Below, in pieces: positions 1-13,935 of a DNA stretch of 54,035 nt. Below the pieces are notes generated by a model, which worked only from the letters and a program-made list of their open reading frames with translations, ran no database searches and had not been told where the DNA came from. Where the stretch lies: the NCBI GenBank assembly GCA_032718475.1, contig JAUCBJ010007791.1, positions 1-54,035 of the forward strand. The letters run 5' to 3'. Position numbers and translations under genes: made by a program. The stretch comes from Nemertoderma westbladi. Its lineage: Eukaryota; Animalia; Xenacoelomorpha. Position 1 is the first letter of the stretch; each line of letters opens with the position of its first letter.

Positions 1-1012
1 GTTATATTTAGTTTTCTTTAGTAATTGTATTTGTGTTACAGTTGTAGTGCAAAGTAAATCCTTGGGTCTGTTAATTTTTTAAATTATTTTAAATATTTAT
101 AAGTTATTATTTAATTGTTTGTGTAATTTTATCAGGTTTTATTTATTTAACTTCCCGAATCAGACTTTATGTAATGTTTGTTTCTTTTGGTTGTTCGAGG
201 CAGTGAACAAGATAGTGCCATACCAATCAATACCACTATTTGATACACTAATTTATACCGTTCATTATATTTTTATTATGGGTCACGGGGCTGCGGATGG
301 TGGAAGTGTACGTCTACTTTTATATGAAAAAAAAATAATTAAATATAATTTAAAATGGTCTAACTTCTAGGTACGGTATGTGCTATAATTGTTTCGACAT
401 TGGACTCACTGAATACTTTCATATTATCTTGTAATATTTCTTATAAATATATGACCATCCATTTGTTTACGTATATATTTATCATATGTTTATTCCCAAT
501 AATAATATTTTCATACATCTCATAGCTTATTGTGCATGGTATTTATTAAATTAACGTTATCTTATAATCCGTCTCTTCCCATTGTTTTAAATTCTATTCT
601 TGGGGTTTCCGCGAATTAGTTTCAAACTTGTGTAAGCTGCGAATGCCCTGATTGCTGCGTACCAAACCTATCTAGGAGTCAATGTATGTGGTAAAACCTA
701 GCATCACCATGCAATTGCTCCCAAGAGGGACCAAGCCGTATCGAAGCTCGTTTTGTGAAAGTCCTTAGTGAATATCATTCCTTTGTATTCCCTCTGTAGT
801 TGTCTGCACGGGGTCAGTTTAAGGGGGGGGGGGGGGGGTGGGGAGGGGGGGTGGGGGAGGGTGGGGGGGGGGGGGGGGGTGGGGAGGGGGGTGGGTTTTT
901 TGTCGGTTAATATTATACCGATGTGCCGGATTGACTATTTTCAAACCGGCCAGGCCGGATCCGGCCGGATTTTTTATATATCACCACTTTATCCATGAAT
1001 GTTGTACAAATA

Positions 1013-2560
1013 CCGGGGGGGGGGGGGGGGGGGGGCTCATATTGACCCCCCTCCTCTAAAATCTACACATTTTAACGAAAACGCCTGATTTTTTGTTTGT
1101 ACGTAGATCTCACTTGTCCGAATCCGACCGATACAAAAAAATTTCGAAAAAAGTTCTGGGGTGGTTATTTGGCTGCACCAAAATTACAAGTAGTGCACAA
1201 TTTTCACAAAATTTGAAAGTTAAATTTTCGGCTAATTGTTTTTCAATACAGGTTTTCTGGGGCGCAAAATCCATTGGAAAGTGTTTAAAAATGATCTGAT
1301 TACTATAAACGGCTGTTTTAGTACTCTACTTAGGCAAAAAATGAAAAAAAACAAGTAACCAGCACTTTTCAGTTTGAACACAAAATTTTTAATTCACTTA
1401 TACGATGCTATAATTCACATTATTAGGTTTTCAGGGCGCTGATTCTAATGGAATACTAATTTGCCAGATATTGCTAATTGTATTTTTCGGCGTAATATGG
1501 CAAATTTTGGTGCTAGCACCAAATTTCGTACCCATCACCAAAAAGTACAAGTTTGAGATGTCCAGTGCGGTTTTTATTGATTCCATCGGATTCAGGACCC
1601 CCATAAACCCGTATAACGCAAGAAACAAGATGATACTATCTATTGATCAATTTGCTTATTTTCAAAATTTTGGTGCTGGTACAACAATTTTCAACCACCA
1701 GCGAAAAATACAGGTTTGAAAACTTTTATGGAATTTTTACATATTCCATTGAATTCAGAACCCTTACAAACCCGTATAACGTAGGAAACAAGGTGATACA
1801 ATCAATTAATATATTTGGTAGGTTTCAAAATTTGGTGCTAGCACCAAATTTTGCACCCACTTCCGAAAAAAACAAGTTTGAGATGTCTAGTTAGATAATT
1901 ATTTATTTCATTGAATTAAAAACCGCCATAAACCTCTAAAACGCGAGAAATAAGTTGTAACAATCAATTTAACTATTGAATGGATTTTCAAAATTTCGTG
2001 CTGGCACCAAATTTTGCTCACCGCGCCGAAAAATACAAGTTTGGTACTCCTGGTGCAACTCGTATATATTCCATCGAAATCAGAACCCTAAAAAACCCCT
2101 ATTGCGCAAAAAAACAGGTTCAAACAATTAATTTACAAATTTTACATATTTCAAAATTTGGTGCTGGCACCAAAATTGGCACCCGCAGAAAAAAACAACT
2201 TTGAAATGTTTATTTAAGTTTTGTTTACATTAGTTTATTTAAATGAATTCCATCCAATTGCAATCAACAAAAAACCGGTGTAAATCAAAAATAGAGATGT
2301 TACAGATCATATTTAAATGAAATGTAATATTCAATAAACGCCTCAAAAAAAGAGCCAAAAGTAGGGTTAAAAAATGGTGCTATAACTCGAAAACTATCCA
2401 ATATTTTTGAAAACCGTTTTCAATATTAGGAAGACAATAGATTTTTAGAAAAAGTTACAAAATTTCAGATTCCCCCCTGCGTTTGTTTCAGAGTTATAAC
2501 AAAAAACCACGGGAGGGGTCATATTGACCCCCCCCCCCCCCCCGTGTTTAATAGGGTTAA
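1013..2560. mobile_element. piggyBac-like MITE nested in the previous element
   Basis: Right end ...CCCCGTGTTTAATAGGGTTAA (piggyBac-type AGGG-TTAA terminus). G-run/TCATATTGA/C-run motif near both ends. Left TTAACCCT terminus not visible. Confidence 0.45.
1430..2205. repeat. Degenerate ~163-bp tandem repeat (~5 units), each with a TTTGGTGCTAGCACCAAA-type palindrome
   Basis: Palindromic core recurs near 1507, 1670, 1831, 1996 and 2158. Confidence 0.75.
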
Positions 2561-3339
2561 TGCACGAACAGAACTGGAGGGAGGGAGGGAGGGTATTACA
2601 TCATTGGTCCTTTGGGCGTTAAGCTCTGCATCGATAGATAACGTGCTGGATCATCAGTAAGGTCCATGATAAGGACTTTGACTTTAATAATATTATGAAT
2701 TCAGAAGTAGATAAGTATGTCAATTATCCCAACTAAAGACTAATGGGGACTAGAAGGGCCTTTTGCGTTGGTTGGCTGCAAATAAGGGATCATACTTGTA
2801 CATAGTATCACCAGCGTCTTCAATTTATTCCGAGCGGCGTCTTCAATTTATTCCGAGCGAATATTTGTAGAGGCTGGTAATGTATTTGATGAGAAACGCT
2901 CTCGTCTACTTCTGGATCGTGGAGAGAAACTAATATTTTTTTTACCATAACCTACGCCGATTCGATATTTGATAATTTGATATAGTTAAATTGGATATAC
3001 TAGAGTTTCTAAATTGCCTGTCGAATATATAAACTGGTCATTCACGGTAAGCCTTATATCAATTTATAACAAACGTAGCTAGACCAAACATCAACACAAG
3101 CAAATTTACATTAATTATAAATTTTGTCAACAATTCGTTGAAATTGAAATCCGGCCAAAAACTTAAAATCCGGCCCGAGCCGGATTTTTTTCTCAAAATC
3201 CGGCCGGAATTCCGGCACACCCCTACGTAATTAATATTATGTGCTATGCTAATACAAGCCTTTACTTTAACAAAACATTAATTTATTTCGATGTAACGTG
3301 AGATATACAATTTGATTTAGCATTTCGTATATCTTAATT

Positions 3340-6300
3340 ATGCACTATTCTGTAGTGTGCATTATTTACACTATTTATAGTATAGTGTGCATTGTGTACA
3401 CTATTTATAGTATAGTGTGCATTGTGTACACTATTTATAGTATAGTGTGCATTGTGAACACTATTTACTATTTTACTATAGTGTGCATTGTGTACACTAT
3501 TTATAGTATAGTGTGCATTGTGTACACTATTTATAGTATAGTGTGCATTGTGAACACTATTTACTATTTTACTATAGTGTGCATTGTGTACACTATTTAT
3601 AGTATAGTGTGCATTGTGTACACTATTTATAGTATAGTGTGCATTGTGAACACTATTTACTATTTTACTATAGTGTGCATTGTGTACACTATTTATAGTA
3701 TAGTGTGCATTGTGAACACTATTTACTATTTTACTATAGTGTGTATTGTATTGTGTACACTATTTATAGTATAGTGTGCATTGTGAACACTATTTACTAT
3801 TTTACTATAGTGTGTATTGTATTGTGTACACTATTTATAGTATAGTGTGTATTGTGTACACTATTTATAGTAGTGTGCATTGTGTACACTATTTATAGTA
3901 GTGTGCATTGTCTATACACTATTTACTATAGTTTGTATTGTGTACACTATTTATAGTATAGTGTGCATTGTGAATACTATTTACTATAGTGTGTATTGTA
4001 TTGTGTACACTATTTATAGTATAGTGTGTATTGTGTACACTATTTATAGTAGTGTGCATTGTGTACACTATTTATAGTAGTGTGCATTGTCTATACACTA
4101 TTTACTATAGTTTGTATTGTGTACACTATTTATAGTATAGTGTGCATTGTGTACACTATTTACTATAGTGTGCATTGTGTACACTATTTATTGTAGTGTG
4201 CATTGTGTACACTATTTATTGTAGTGTGCATTGTGTACACTATTTATAGTAGTGTGCATTGTCCTTACACTATTTACTATAGTTTGTATTGTGTACACTA
4301 TTTACTATAGTGTGCATTATGTACACTATTTATAGTATAGTGTGTATTATGTACACTATTTATAGTATAGTGTGCATTGTGAACACTATTTACTATAGTG
4401 TGCATTGTGTACACTATTTATAGTATAGTGTGTATTGTTTATGCATTATTTACTATAGTGTGCATTGTGTAAACTATTTATAGTATATTGTGCATTGTCT
4501 TTACATTATTTACTATAGTGTGCATTGTGTACACTATTTATAGTAGTGTGCATTGTCTTTACATTATTTACTATAGTGTGTATTGTGTACACTATTTATA
4601 GTATAGTGTGCATTGTGAATACTATTTACTATAGTGTGTATTGTATTGTGTACACTATTTATAGTATAGTGTGTATTGTGTACACTATTTATAGTAGTGT
4701 GCATTGTGTACACTATTTATAGTAGTGTGCATTGTCTATACACTATTTACTATAGTTTGTATTGTGTACACTATTTATAGTATAGTGTGCATTGTGTACA
4801 CTATTTACTATAGTGTGCATTGTGTACACTATTTATTGTAGTGTGCATTGTGTACACTATTTATTGTAGTGTGCATTGTGTACACTATTTATAGTAGTGT
4901 GCATTGTCTATACACTATTTACTATAGTTTGTATTGTGTACACTATTTATAGTATAGTGTGCATTGTGTACACTATTTACTATAGTGTGCATTGTGTACA
5001 CTATTTATTGTAGTGTGCATTGTGTACACTATTTATTGTAGTGTGCATTGTGTACACTATTTATAGTAGTGTGCATTGTCTATACACTATTTACTATAGT
5101 TTGTATTGTGTACACTATTTACTATAGTGTGCATTATGTACACTATTTATAGTATAGTGTGTATTATGTACACTATTTATAGTATAGTGTGCATTGTGAA
5201 CACTATTTACTATAGTGTGTATTGTGTACACTATTTATAGTATAGTGTGTATTATGTACACTATTTATAGTATAGTGTGCATTGTGAACACTATTTACTA
5301 TAGTGTGTATTGTCTATACACTATTTACTATAGTGTGCATTGTGTACACTATTTATAGTAGTGTGCATTGTCTTTACATTATTTACTATAGTGTGTATTG
5401 TGTACACTATTTATAGTATAGTGTGCATTGTGAATACTATTTACTATAGTGTGTATTGTATTGTGTACACTATTTATAGTATAGTGTGTATTGTGTACAC
5501 TATTTATAGTAGTGTGCATTGTGTACACTATTTATAGTAGTGTGCATTGTCTATACACTATTTACTATAGTTTGTATTGTGTACACTATTTACTATAGTG
5601 TGCATTATGTACACTATTTATAGTATAGTGTGTATTATGTACACTATTTATAGTATAGTGTGCATTGTGAACACTATTTACTATAGTGTGTATTGTGTAC
5701 ACTATTTATAGTATAGTGTGTATTATGTACACTATTTATAGCATAGTGTGCATTGTGAACACTATTTACTATAGTGTGTATTGTCTATACACTATTTACT
5801 ATAGTGTGCATTGTGTAAACTATTTATAGTATAGTGTGCATTGTGTAAACTATTTATAGTAGTGTGCATTGTCTTTACATTATTTACTATAGTGTGTATT
5901 GTGTACACTATTTATAGTATAGTGTGCATTGTGTACACTATTTATAGTATAGTGTGCATTGTGTACACTATTTATAGTATAGTGTGCATTGTGTACACTA
6001 TTTATAGTAGTGTGCATTGTCTATACACTATTTACTATAGTGTGTATTGTGTACACTATTTATAGTATAGTGTGCATTGTGTACACTATTTATAGTATGT
6101 GTGTATTATCTATACACTATTTACTATAGTGTGCATTGTGTACACTATTTATAGTATAGTGTGCATTGTCTATACACTATTTACTATAGTGTGTATTGTG
6201 TACACTATTTATAGTATAGTGTGCATTGTGTACACTATTTACTATAGTGTGCATTGTGTACACTATTTATAGTATTTGGTGCATTGTCTATACACTATTT

Positions 6301-7985
6301 ACTATAGTGTGTATTGTGTACACTATTTATAGTATAGTGTGCATTGTGTACACTATTTACTATAGTGTGCATTGTGTACACTTTTTCTGTGGTATAGTGT
6401 GTATTATCTATACACCATTTACTATAGTGTGCATTGTGTAAACTATTTATAGTATAGTGTGTATTGTTTATGCATTATTTACTATAGTGTGCATTGTGTA
6501 CACTATTTATAGTATAGTGTGCATTGTCTATACACTATTTAATATGTAGTGTGCATTGTGTACACTATTTATAGTATAGTGTGCATTGTGTACACTATTT
6601 ATAGTATATTGTGCATTGTCTTTACATTATTTACTATAGTGTGCATTGTGTAAACTATTTATAGTATAGTGTGTATTGTTTATGCATTATTTACTATAGT
6701 GTGCATTGTGTAAACTATTTATAGTATAGTGTGTATTGTTTATGCATTATTTACTATAGTGTGCATTGTGTAAACTATTTATAGTATAGTGTGTATTGTT
6801 TATGCATTATTTACTATAGTGTGCATTGTGTACACTATTTATAGTATAGTGTGCATTGTGTAAACTATTTATAGTATAGTGTGTATTGTTTATGCATTAT
6901 TTACTATAGTGTGCATTGTGTAAACTATTTATAGTATAGTGTGCATTGTCTATACACTATTTAATATGTAGTGTGCATTGTGTACACTATTTATAGTATA
7001 GTGTGCATTGTTTATGCATTATTTACTATAGTGTGCATTGTGTACACTATTTATAGTATAGTGTGCATTGTGTAAACTATTTATAGTATAGTGTGAATTG
7101 TTTATGCATTATTTACTATAGTGTGCATTGTGTAAACTATTTATAGTATAGTGTGCATTGTCTATACACTATTTAATATGTAGTGTGCATTGTGTACACT
7201 ATTTATAGTATAGTGTGCATTGTGTAAACTATTTATAGTATAGTGTGCATTGTCTTTACATTATTTACTATAGTGTGCATTGTGTAAACTATTTATAGTA
7301 TAGTGTGCATTGTTTATGCATTATTTACTATAGTGTGCATTGTGTACACTATTTATAGTATAGTGTGCATTGTGTAAACTATTTATAGTATAGTGTGCAT
7401 TGTCTTTACATTATTTACTATAGTGTGCATTGTGTAAACTATTTATAGTATAGTGTGCATTGTTTATGCATTATTTACTATAGTGTGCATTGTGTACACT
7501 ATTTATAGTATAGTGTGCATTGTGTAAACTATTTATAGTATAGTGTGCATTGTCTATACACTATTTAATATGTAGTGTGCATTGTGTACACTATTTATAG
7601 TATAGTGTGCATTGTGTACACTATTTATAGTATAGTGTGTATTGTTTATGCATTATTTACTATAGTGTGCATTGTGTACACTATTTATAGTATAGTGTGC
7701 ATTGTGTAAACTATTTATAGTATAGTGTGAATTGTTTATGCATTATTTACTATAGTGTGCATTGTGTAAACTATTTATAGTATAGTGTGCATTGTCTATA
7801 CACTATTTAATATGTAGTGTGCATTGTGTACACTATTTATAGTATAGTGTGCATTGTGTAAACTATTTATAGTATAGTGTGTATTGCCTATATATTATTT
7901 ACTATAGTGTGCATTGTGTAGACGATTTACTGTGTAGTGCGGAGTGCCTAGACTATTTACTGTGCAGTGTGCTCTGTGTACACTA
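3340..7985. repeat. 30-bp minisatellite array (consensus ATTGTGTACACTATTTATAGTATAGTGTGC), ~4.6 kb, with 27-29 bp variants and higher-order blocks
   Basis: Directly visible tandem array. ORFs called within it are repeat artefacts. Confidence 0.98.
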
Positions 7986-8044
7986 GTTATTGTGTACACA
8001 TATTATTATTATTATTATTGCAAGAAGTGTGTACAAACAAACGA

Positions 8045-9809
8045 ACACGTGGGTCAATGCCAACCATATTGACCAATGTCTCGTACGTGATTTTTCAAAT
8101 TTGTTGAATTTTGAAATTAACTTTGAGAATTTGCCATAGTCATGGTTGTAAAGAGCGATAATTTCTGCATATGAAACCAGAAAGTGCCCCAAAAATTTCT
8201 TTACCGTTATTGCGAGAAACATTCTGGAATGCAAAAATTGAGAAAATTTTTTTGTCACGGATGGGAAATTTATAAACTTACTTACTACTTTTTCGTACTA
8301 CCATATTCTTGAAAACTTGAAGTAACAGTCGTTTAATGGTGGTATTGAGGTGTCCGGCAAGAGATATCGGATTGAAGTGGAAAGTTTTCTGGTGAGAAAA
8401 AATTTAAGAATTCTGTCACTAAAAATAAATTTTTTGTAGAGTGACAACACAAAGTTTCACTTTCTGGGAAACTTTGCCGTGAAAAGTTGGGCTAATTGTT
8501 TTTTTTCCTGTTAATAACAATGTGATACACAAAACTGTTACATATGGTCATCTGAAAACCGTTATTTTATATTAAAAAATTAATTTGAAAATGTAAATAG
8601 ACAGTTTTTTGATGTCATGTATGGGACATATTGATATGGTATAGGAAGGAATTTACATGGAAACTATTATTGTAAATGTTGACATTTATTTTCCAATTAA
8701 AAACAAATCATAAAATTCTTCAAACAACTCCTCCGTACTGTACTTAGAATTTACATAAGTCCAGTTGATCGTCCTTCCCACTACTGCCAACTCCTGTTCC
8801 ATTCCCTACTTCCATCCCACTCTCAACTACTGTCCCAATCTCAAAACCCTTTCAACAAAATAGTTTATTTGGTCTGTTGTAAATTAAGGGGAAGGAGCAG
8901 GTTACAGTTTATCTGTGACTGGTAAGCCTTCAACCATTAATTAAATGTAAGTAATTAGTTGTTTAGTTAATTTCTGCCCCCAACACAATGTCAAGTATGG
9001 GATTTTTTAACCTGGCCAAATAAATGTTTACGTAGCAGTCTCACTGATACAACCCATACATGGCAAAACTATCTGAGAAATGGATGTGGTAATCTAAATC
9101 TTTATAAGTTCGCGTTTTCTGATAAAACCTCCATTAAGTATGGGACACTTTTTTGGACCATTTTGGACACGGTCACGCAATATATTATTCATATGAACTG
9201 ATTAACCACCTAAAATTGCCAATCTAACTCAAACATATCTGGAAGAATATGAGTGGAAGTGTTAACACATCGGGTTAATGGCCCATATTTGACAATTTAT
9301 ATGCCATTAAATTAATCATTTACCGAGTGTCACGTATGTGACAGAAAATCGGACCACGTTAATTTCTTTTTGTATTTCTGATATCTCAAATTTAATAGGA
9401 AGCTATTTTTATTTGTTCACAGGAATTATACTCAGCAGGGATATTAATCGTTTATTTGTTCACAGGAATTATACTCAGCAGGGATATTAATCGTTTATTT
9501 GTTCACAGGAATTATACTCAGCAGGGATATTAATCGTTTGGCACCTGAATTGTAATTTTAATGGCCAAAATGAGCCCGTAATCACAATCATTATATTTGA
9601 AAAATGTCCCGTTTTTTTTAAATTCGTTGTAGATTTTTAACAAACTTTGGTTGGATTGTATCACAGCAGGAGGGGACCGATTATTGTGTATTCGGCAATC
9701 TAATTATCAAAGCCAACCCGACCATTCATTCTCGAGTGATTTACATTTTTGTATATTTTTTGTTCCGACGTAACTTGGTCAATATGGTTGGCATTATTGA
9801 CCCACGTGT
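8045..9809. mobile_element. Non-autonomous TIR element (~33-bp inverted repeats), superfamily unassigned
   Basis: ACACGTGGGTCAATGCCAACCATATTGACCAA (8045-8076) is the reverse complement of 9775-9809 apart from a 3-nt indel. No coding capacity inside. Confidence 0.65.
9408..9539. repeat. 43-bp perfect tandem repeat x3
   Basis: TTTATTTGTTCACAGGAATTATACTCAGCAGGGATATTAATCG at 9408, 9451 and 9494, with no spacers. Confidence 0.95.
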
Positions 9810-10180
9810 GAGAAATAAGGACATACAATTCTCGGATTTGTCCAACACCCAATTCTTGGATCCATTCAATTAACATTAACATTAATAGATATTTTAGTTT
9901 TATATTCCCTTCACCATTAGACAGAGAGAGATGTTACACAACAGATAATCATACTCTTTTCCGGTTCATTATCTGGTAAAGAAGCCAATCAATATCTGTG
10001 AGATTCATTCATTCTGCAAATAATATATTAAAAAATATGAAATCGGCAACAAAGAAAAAGTTTGTTGTAACAAACTTTAATTTATTTTTCCTTCCAGTAT
10101 AGTTAATTCGTAAATTTATAGTTTCTGTCTCAATTGAAGGGTTGAGCATGAAAAGATCCTATCTGTCATTTTCTTAGAAT

Positions 10181-12088
10181 AATAAAATAGGACATGGGGT
10201 CTATTCCCTCAGATACTACCTAGCATTTAGGGCCACTTGGGCCACTGTTAGTACTCAGGCACTAGGCCCATCAAAAAACACAACACAAAATACCAAATCG
10301 ATTTTAGTGCTACATAAACCCAACCCAACTACCACAAGAAAAATTGCACCAAACCATACAGTAACTACAGGTTCCGGTAAGTATTGCACGAAATAGGCTA
10401 TCCCATAAATTACGAAAAATATAGGACATTTTGTCCGCCGAAAAAGGTAAGTCTAAGTAATAAATTTTATAAAAATAAAAGGGTTTCGGAGATTTAAACA
10501 CTGAACCCTGGGATTCGTGGTTCTCCTCATCAGCAGTGTGCCACGAACCCCACCTCTACCCTAACAAAACTGCACCACTAAATTAAAATAATGACCAATA
10601 AATTAGAAATCCTACCGTACCACCGAACAGAGTTGAAACCACCCTCCCCCAATGTATGTTACCATCAGCCCAAAATGCATAAACATGATTTCCCAACTGA
10701 ATGCAACCAACCCCAATTAGCACCTACCGGTATGTACAGATATATGATCAGATTTTTAAACAAAATTGCGCAGATGTCAGGAAATACCCCTTTAAATATA
10801 TAATTATATGATGTTGACAACTACGACTTTAGAGGGATTGTAATATTCATATTAAAACAATAAAATAGGACATGGGGTCTATTCCCTCAGATACTACCTA
10901 GCATTTAGGGCCACTTGGGCCACTGTTAGTACTCAGGCACTAGGCCCATCAAAAAACACAACACAAAATACCAAATCGATTTTAGTGCTACATAAACCCA
11001 ACCCAACTACCACAAGAAAAATTGCACCAAACCATACAGTAACTACAGGTTCCGGTAAGTATTGCACGAAATAGGCTATCCCATAAATTACGAAAAATAT
11101 AGGACATTTTGTCCGCCGAAAAAGGTAAGTCTAAGTAATAAATTTTATAAAAATAAAAGGGTTTCGGAGATTTAAACACTGAACCCTGGGATTCGTGGTT
11201 CTCCTCATCAGCAGTGTGCCACGAACCCCACCTCTACCCTAACAAAACTGCACCACTAAATTAAAATAATGACCAATAAATTAGAAATCCTACCGTACCA
11301 CCGAACAGAGTTGAAACCACCCTCCCCCAATGTATGTTACCATCAGCCCAAAATGCATAAACATGATTTCCCAACTGAATGCAACCAACCCCAATTAGCA
11401 CCTACCGGTATGTACAGATATATGATCAGATTTTTAAACAAAATTGCGCAGATGTCAGGAAATACCCCTTTAAATATATAATTATATGATGTTGACAACT
11501 ACGACTTTAGAGGGATTGTAATATTCATATTAAAACAATAAAATAGGACATGGGGTCTATTCCCTCAGATACTACCTAGCATTTAGGGCCACTTGGGCCA
11601 CTGTTAGTACTCAGGCACTAGGCCCATCAAAAAACACAACACAAAATACCAAATCGATTTTAGTGCTACATAAACCCAACCCAACTACCACAAGAAAAAT
11701 TGCACCAAACCATACAGTAACTACAGGTTCCGGTAAGTATTGCACGAAATAGGCTATCCCATAAATTACGAAAAATATAGGACATTTTGTCCGCCGAAAA
11801 AGGTAAGTCTAAGTAATAAATTTTATAAAAATAAAAGGGTTTCGGAGATTTAAACACTGAACCCTGGGATTCGTGGTTCTCCTCATCAGCAGTGTGCCAC
11901 GAACCCCACCTCTACCCTAACAAAACTGCACCACTAAATTAAAATAATGACCAATAAATTAGAAATCCTACCGTACCACCGAACAGAGTTGAAACCACCC
12001 TCCCCCAATGTATGTTACCATCAGCCCAAAATGCATAAACATGATTTCCCAACTGAATGCAACCAACCCCAATTAGCACCTACCGGTA
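10181..12088. repeat. 678-bp tandem repeat, ~2.8 apparently identical copies
   Basis: Units start at 10181, 10859 and 11537. Identical ORF-track peptides recur at 678-bp offsets. Confidence 0.97.
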
Positions 12089-13029
12089 ATCTGCGTTTTT
12101 CCTCCCTCTCTGGTAATTTTTCGCGTAATTCTTTTCCCCCCTTGTTTACAGTCTGTTTTACCCCAGCCCTAGCTCATGCTGTCATGAGTAGGAATGCCTA
12201 AGGTGCGTGGTAAAAGCTAAGGTCGGTGGTAGCGTGCTAAGGTCGGTGGTAGCTTGTTAAGGTGCGTGGTAGGGAGCTGCTAAGGTAAGTGTAAAATCCA
12301 GTGAGAATATTGAGTTCTCTGGTAGTAGAGGGAAATTTAAATTCTATAAATTGTACTTTCAGTGACGCTGCCTATCTATACGCTATACCTGCCTTAGGCT
12401 GTTAGGGGTCTATTATCAGACAATTATTATAGCAATAGGCAGAGGATGTTTAAAGGCAGAGGCTGTTTAATATACCTACCGGTACTGTAGGGTTAGGGGT
12501 TCAATAGCTTCTCTATTCAGCCCAATTCAGAATTCAGCCCAAGGCATCATATATCATGACATCTGATGTAGGCTAGGCCCTATTCTTTATTATTACTGTA
12601 TTATCACTGCATTATTATGCGATTATTATTATACCCGATTATTATTCACGGATTAAAACAGCAATATCTCAAATAGATGTTATAAATGTTATAAACAATT
12701 GATATGGATATTACACATGCAATTGTATTAGGAATTTTCAACGGGATTTAATTGGCAAAGTTAATACATATGAAGTAAAATATGGTGGTGGTGAATATTA
12801 TAGAGCTGAAATTATAATACATGGTAATATGATTGACAATAACTTCTATACCTTCCTTACTAAGGCTCGGGACATGAAAGCTAATGGTTATTCATTTAAA
12901 CAACTCCGGAAGGAAATTCAAACCCAGGATATCCGGAGTAATCGACGACCTCATTTCAGGAGCTATCAGTTGAATGGTCCACCCTTGCTGTTATCGTGTG
13001 AAGAGAACCATCAACTGATTTTATGACAT

Positions 13030-13516
13030 AAGGTGTTTTTTAGGATGCTAGATCACATATATGCCACTCAATATCATATTATCCGACCAAATTCGATTTT
13101 TGTCATTTGAAATTTTATGCTACTTGTATTTTTCGTCCCAGAGCAGACAAGCACCGACGATCATAGTTGCATTCATATTCCCACGAATGATTTTAACGAG
13201 TTGTATCATGATCAGCGACCTTGAAAACCAGTATAGCTTTAGACTTATCAAACCAAAGGCAACATTTAACAGTTTGAAATTTTTGCTACTTTGTACTTTT
13301 CATTCTGGAGCACCAGATGGCACTAAAAATGACGGTTGCATTGCCCGAATATTTTTTTAACAAGTTTTATCGTAAACAGCGACCTCGAAAACCTTTAAAC
13401 CATCGAAATTATAATTTTTGAGCCAAGATATAAACAAATGTCTAAAATGACCCCCCTCTGCCCCTCCCCCCCTGGGCCAATTGAGTAGTAAAATAGACTG
13501 GACCAGATAGGGTTAA
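13030..13516. mobile_element. Right-hand part of another piggyBac-like MITE
   Basis: Ends TGACCCCCC...CAGATAGGGTTAA, resembling the 2560 terminus. Internal CAGCGACCT(T/C)GAAAACC repeats. Left boundary uncertain. Confidence 0.35.
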
Positions 13517-13935
13517 TTTATTTGGTCATATATGGCCATTGGTTTATTCTACACTAAAGAGAATCGCATGCTAGACACGTGCGATACGCATGGGTACTTC
13601 GCATGATATCCGCATGCGTATCGCTTCTAAAGGTCCGGACACTTTCTCATGCGATTCGCATGCGAATTAGATGCGTGACCCACATGCGATACGCATGAAC
13701 ATTTTTGACTGGGGTTTCAATGGAAGTAGTTAAAATAATGTCCTATTTAAAAATGAAAACCATACTTTTTTATCTACTTATAAAATAAACCATTTCAGCA
13801 ATATGTCTAATGTTTTCACATTTTTTTCTTTTTTTGTTCCCTTTTCCCTCTTTTCCCCTTTCTGTTTTTCCTTGTTTTCCTGCTGGTTTTCTTATTTTTT
13901 TTCCCCCCTCCCAGCAGTCTGTTTCACCCCAAGCC

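Larger units (their letters stand above)
916..3225. mobile_element. Putative non-autonomous TIR DNA transposon (hAT-like MITE) with subterminal CCGG-rich repeats
   Basis: TACCGATGTGCCGGA (916-930) matches the reverse complement of 3211-3225 (TAGGGGTGTGCCGGA) at 12/15. Clusters of ATCCGGCC/CCGGAT at 945-975 and 3149-3215. No clean 8-bp TSD. Confidence 0.45.

Noticed and set aside
768-1059. Gly-rich ORFs and poly-G tracts (also 45235-45262, 46251-46270)
   Set aside because: Homopolymer low-complexity sequence of unreliable length. G-quadruplex potential only, no coding evidence.
3340-6441. Hydrophobic IVCIVYTIYS-repeat ORFs
   Set aside because: Translations of the 30-bp satellite.
9408-9539. 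Possible CRISPR-like array (also considered for both minisatellites)
   Set aside because: Head-to-tail repeats with no unique spacers, no cas genes and a eukaryotic context.
13551-13714. CGCATG/CATGCG-rich stretch ending ACTGGG, possible CMC/EnSpm MITE end
   Set aside because: No matching left terminus or TSD seen.
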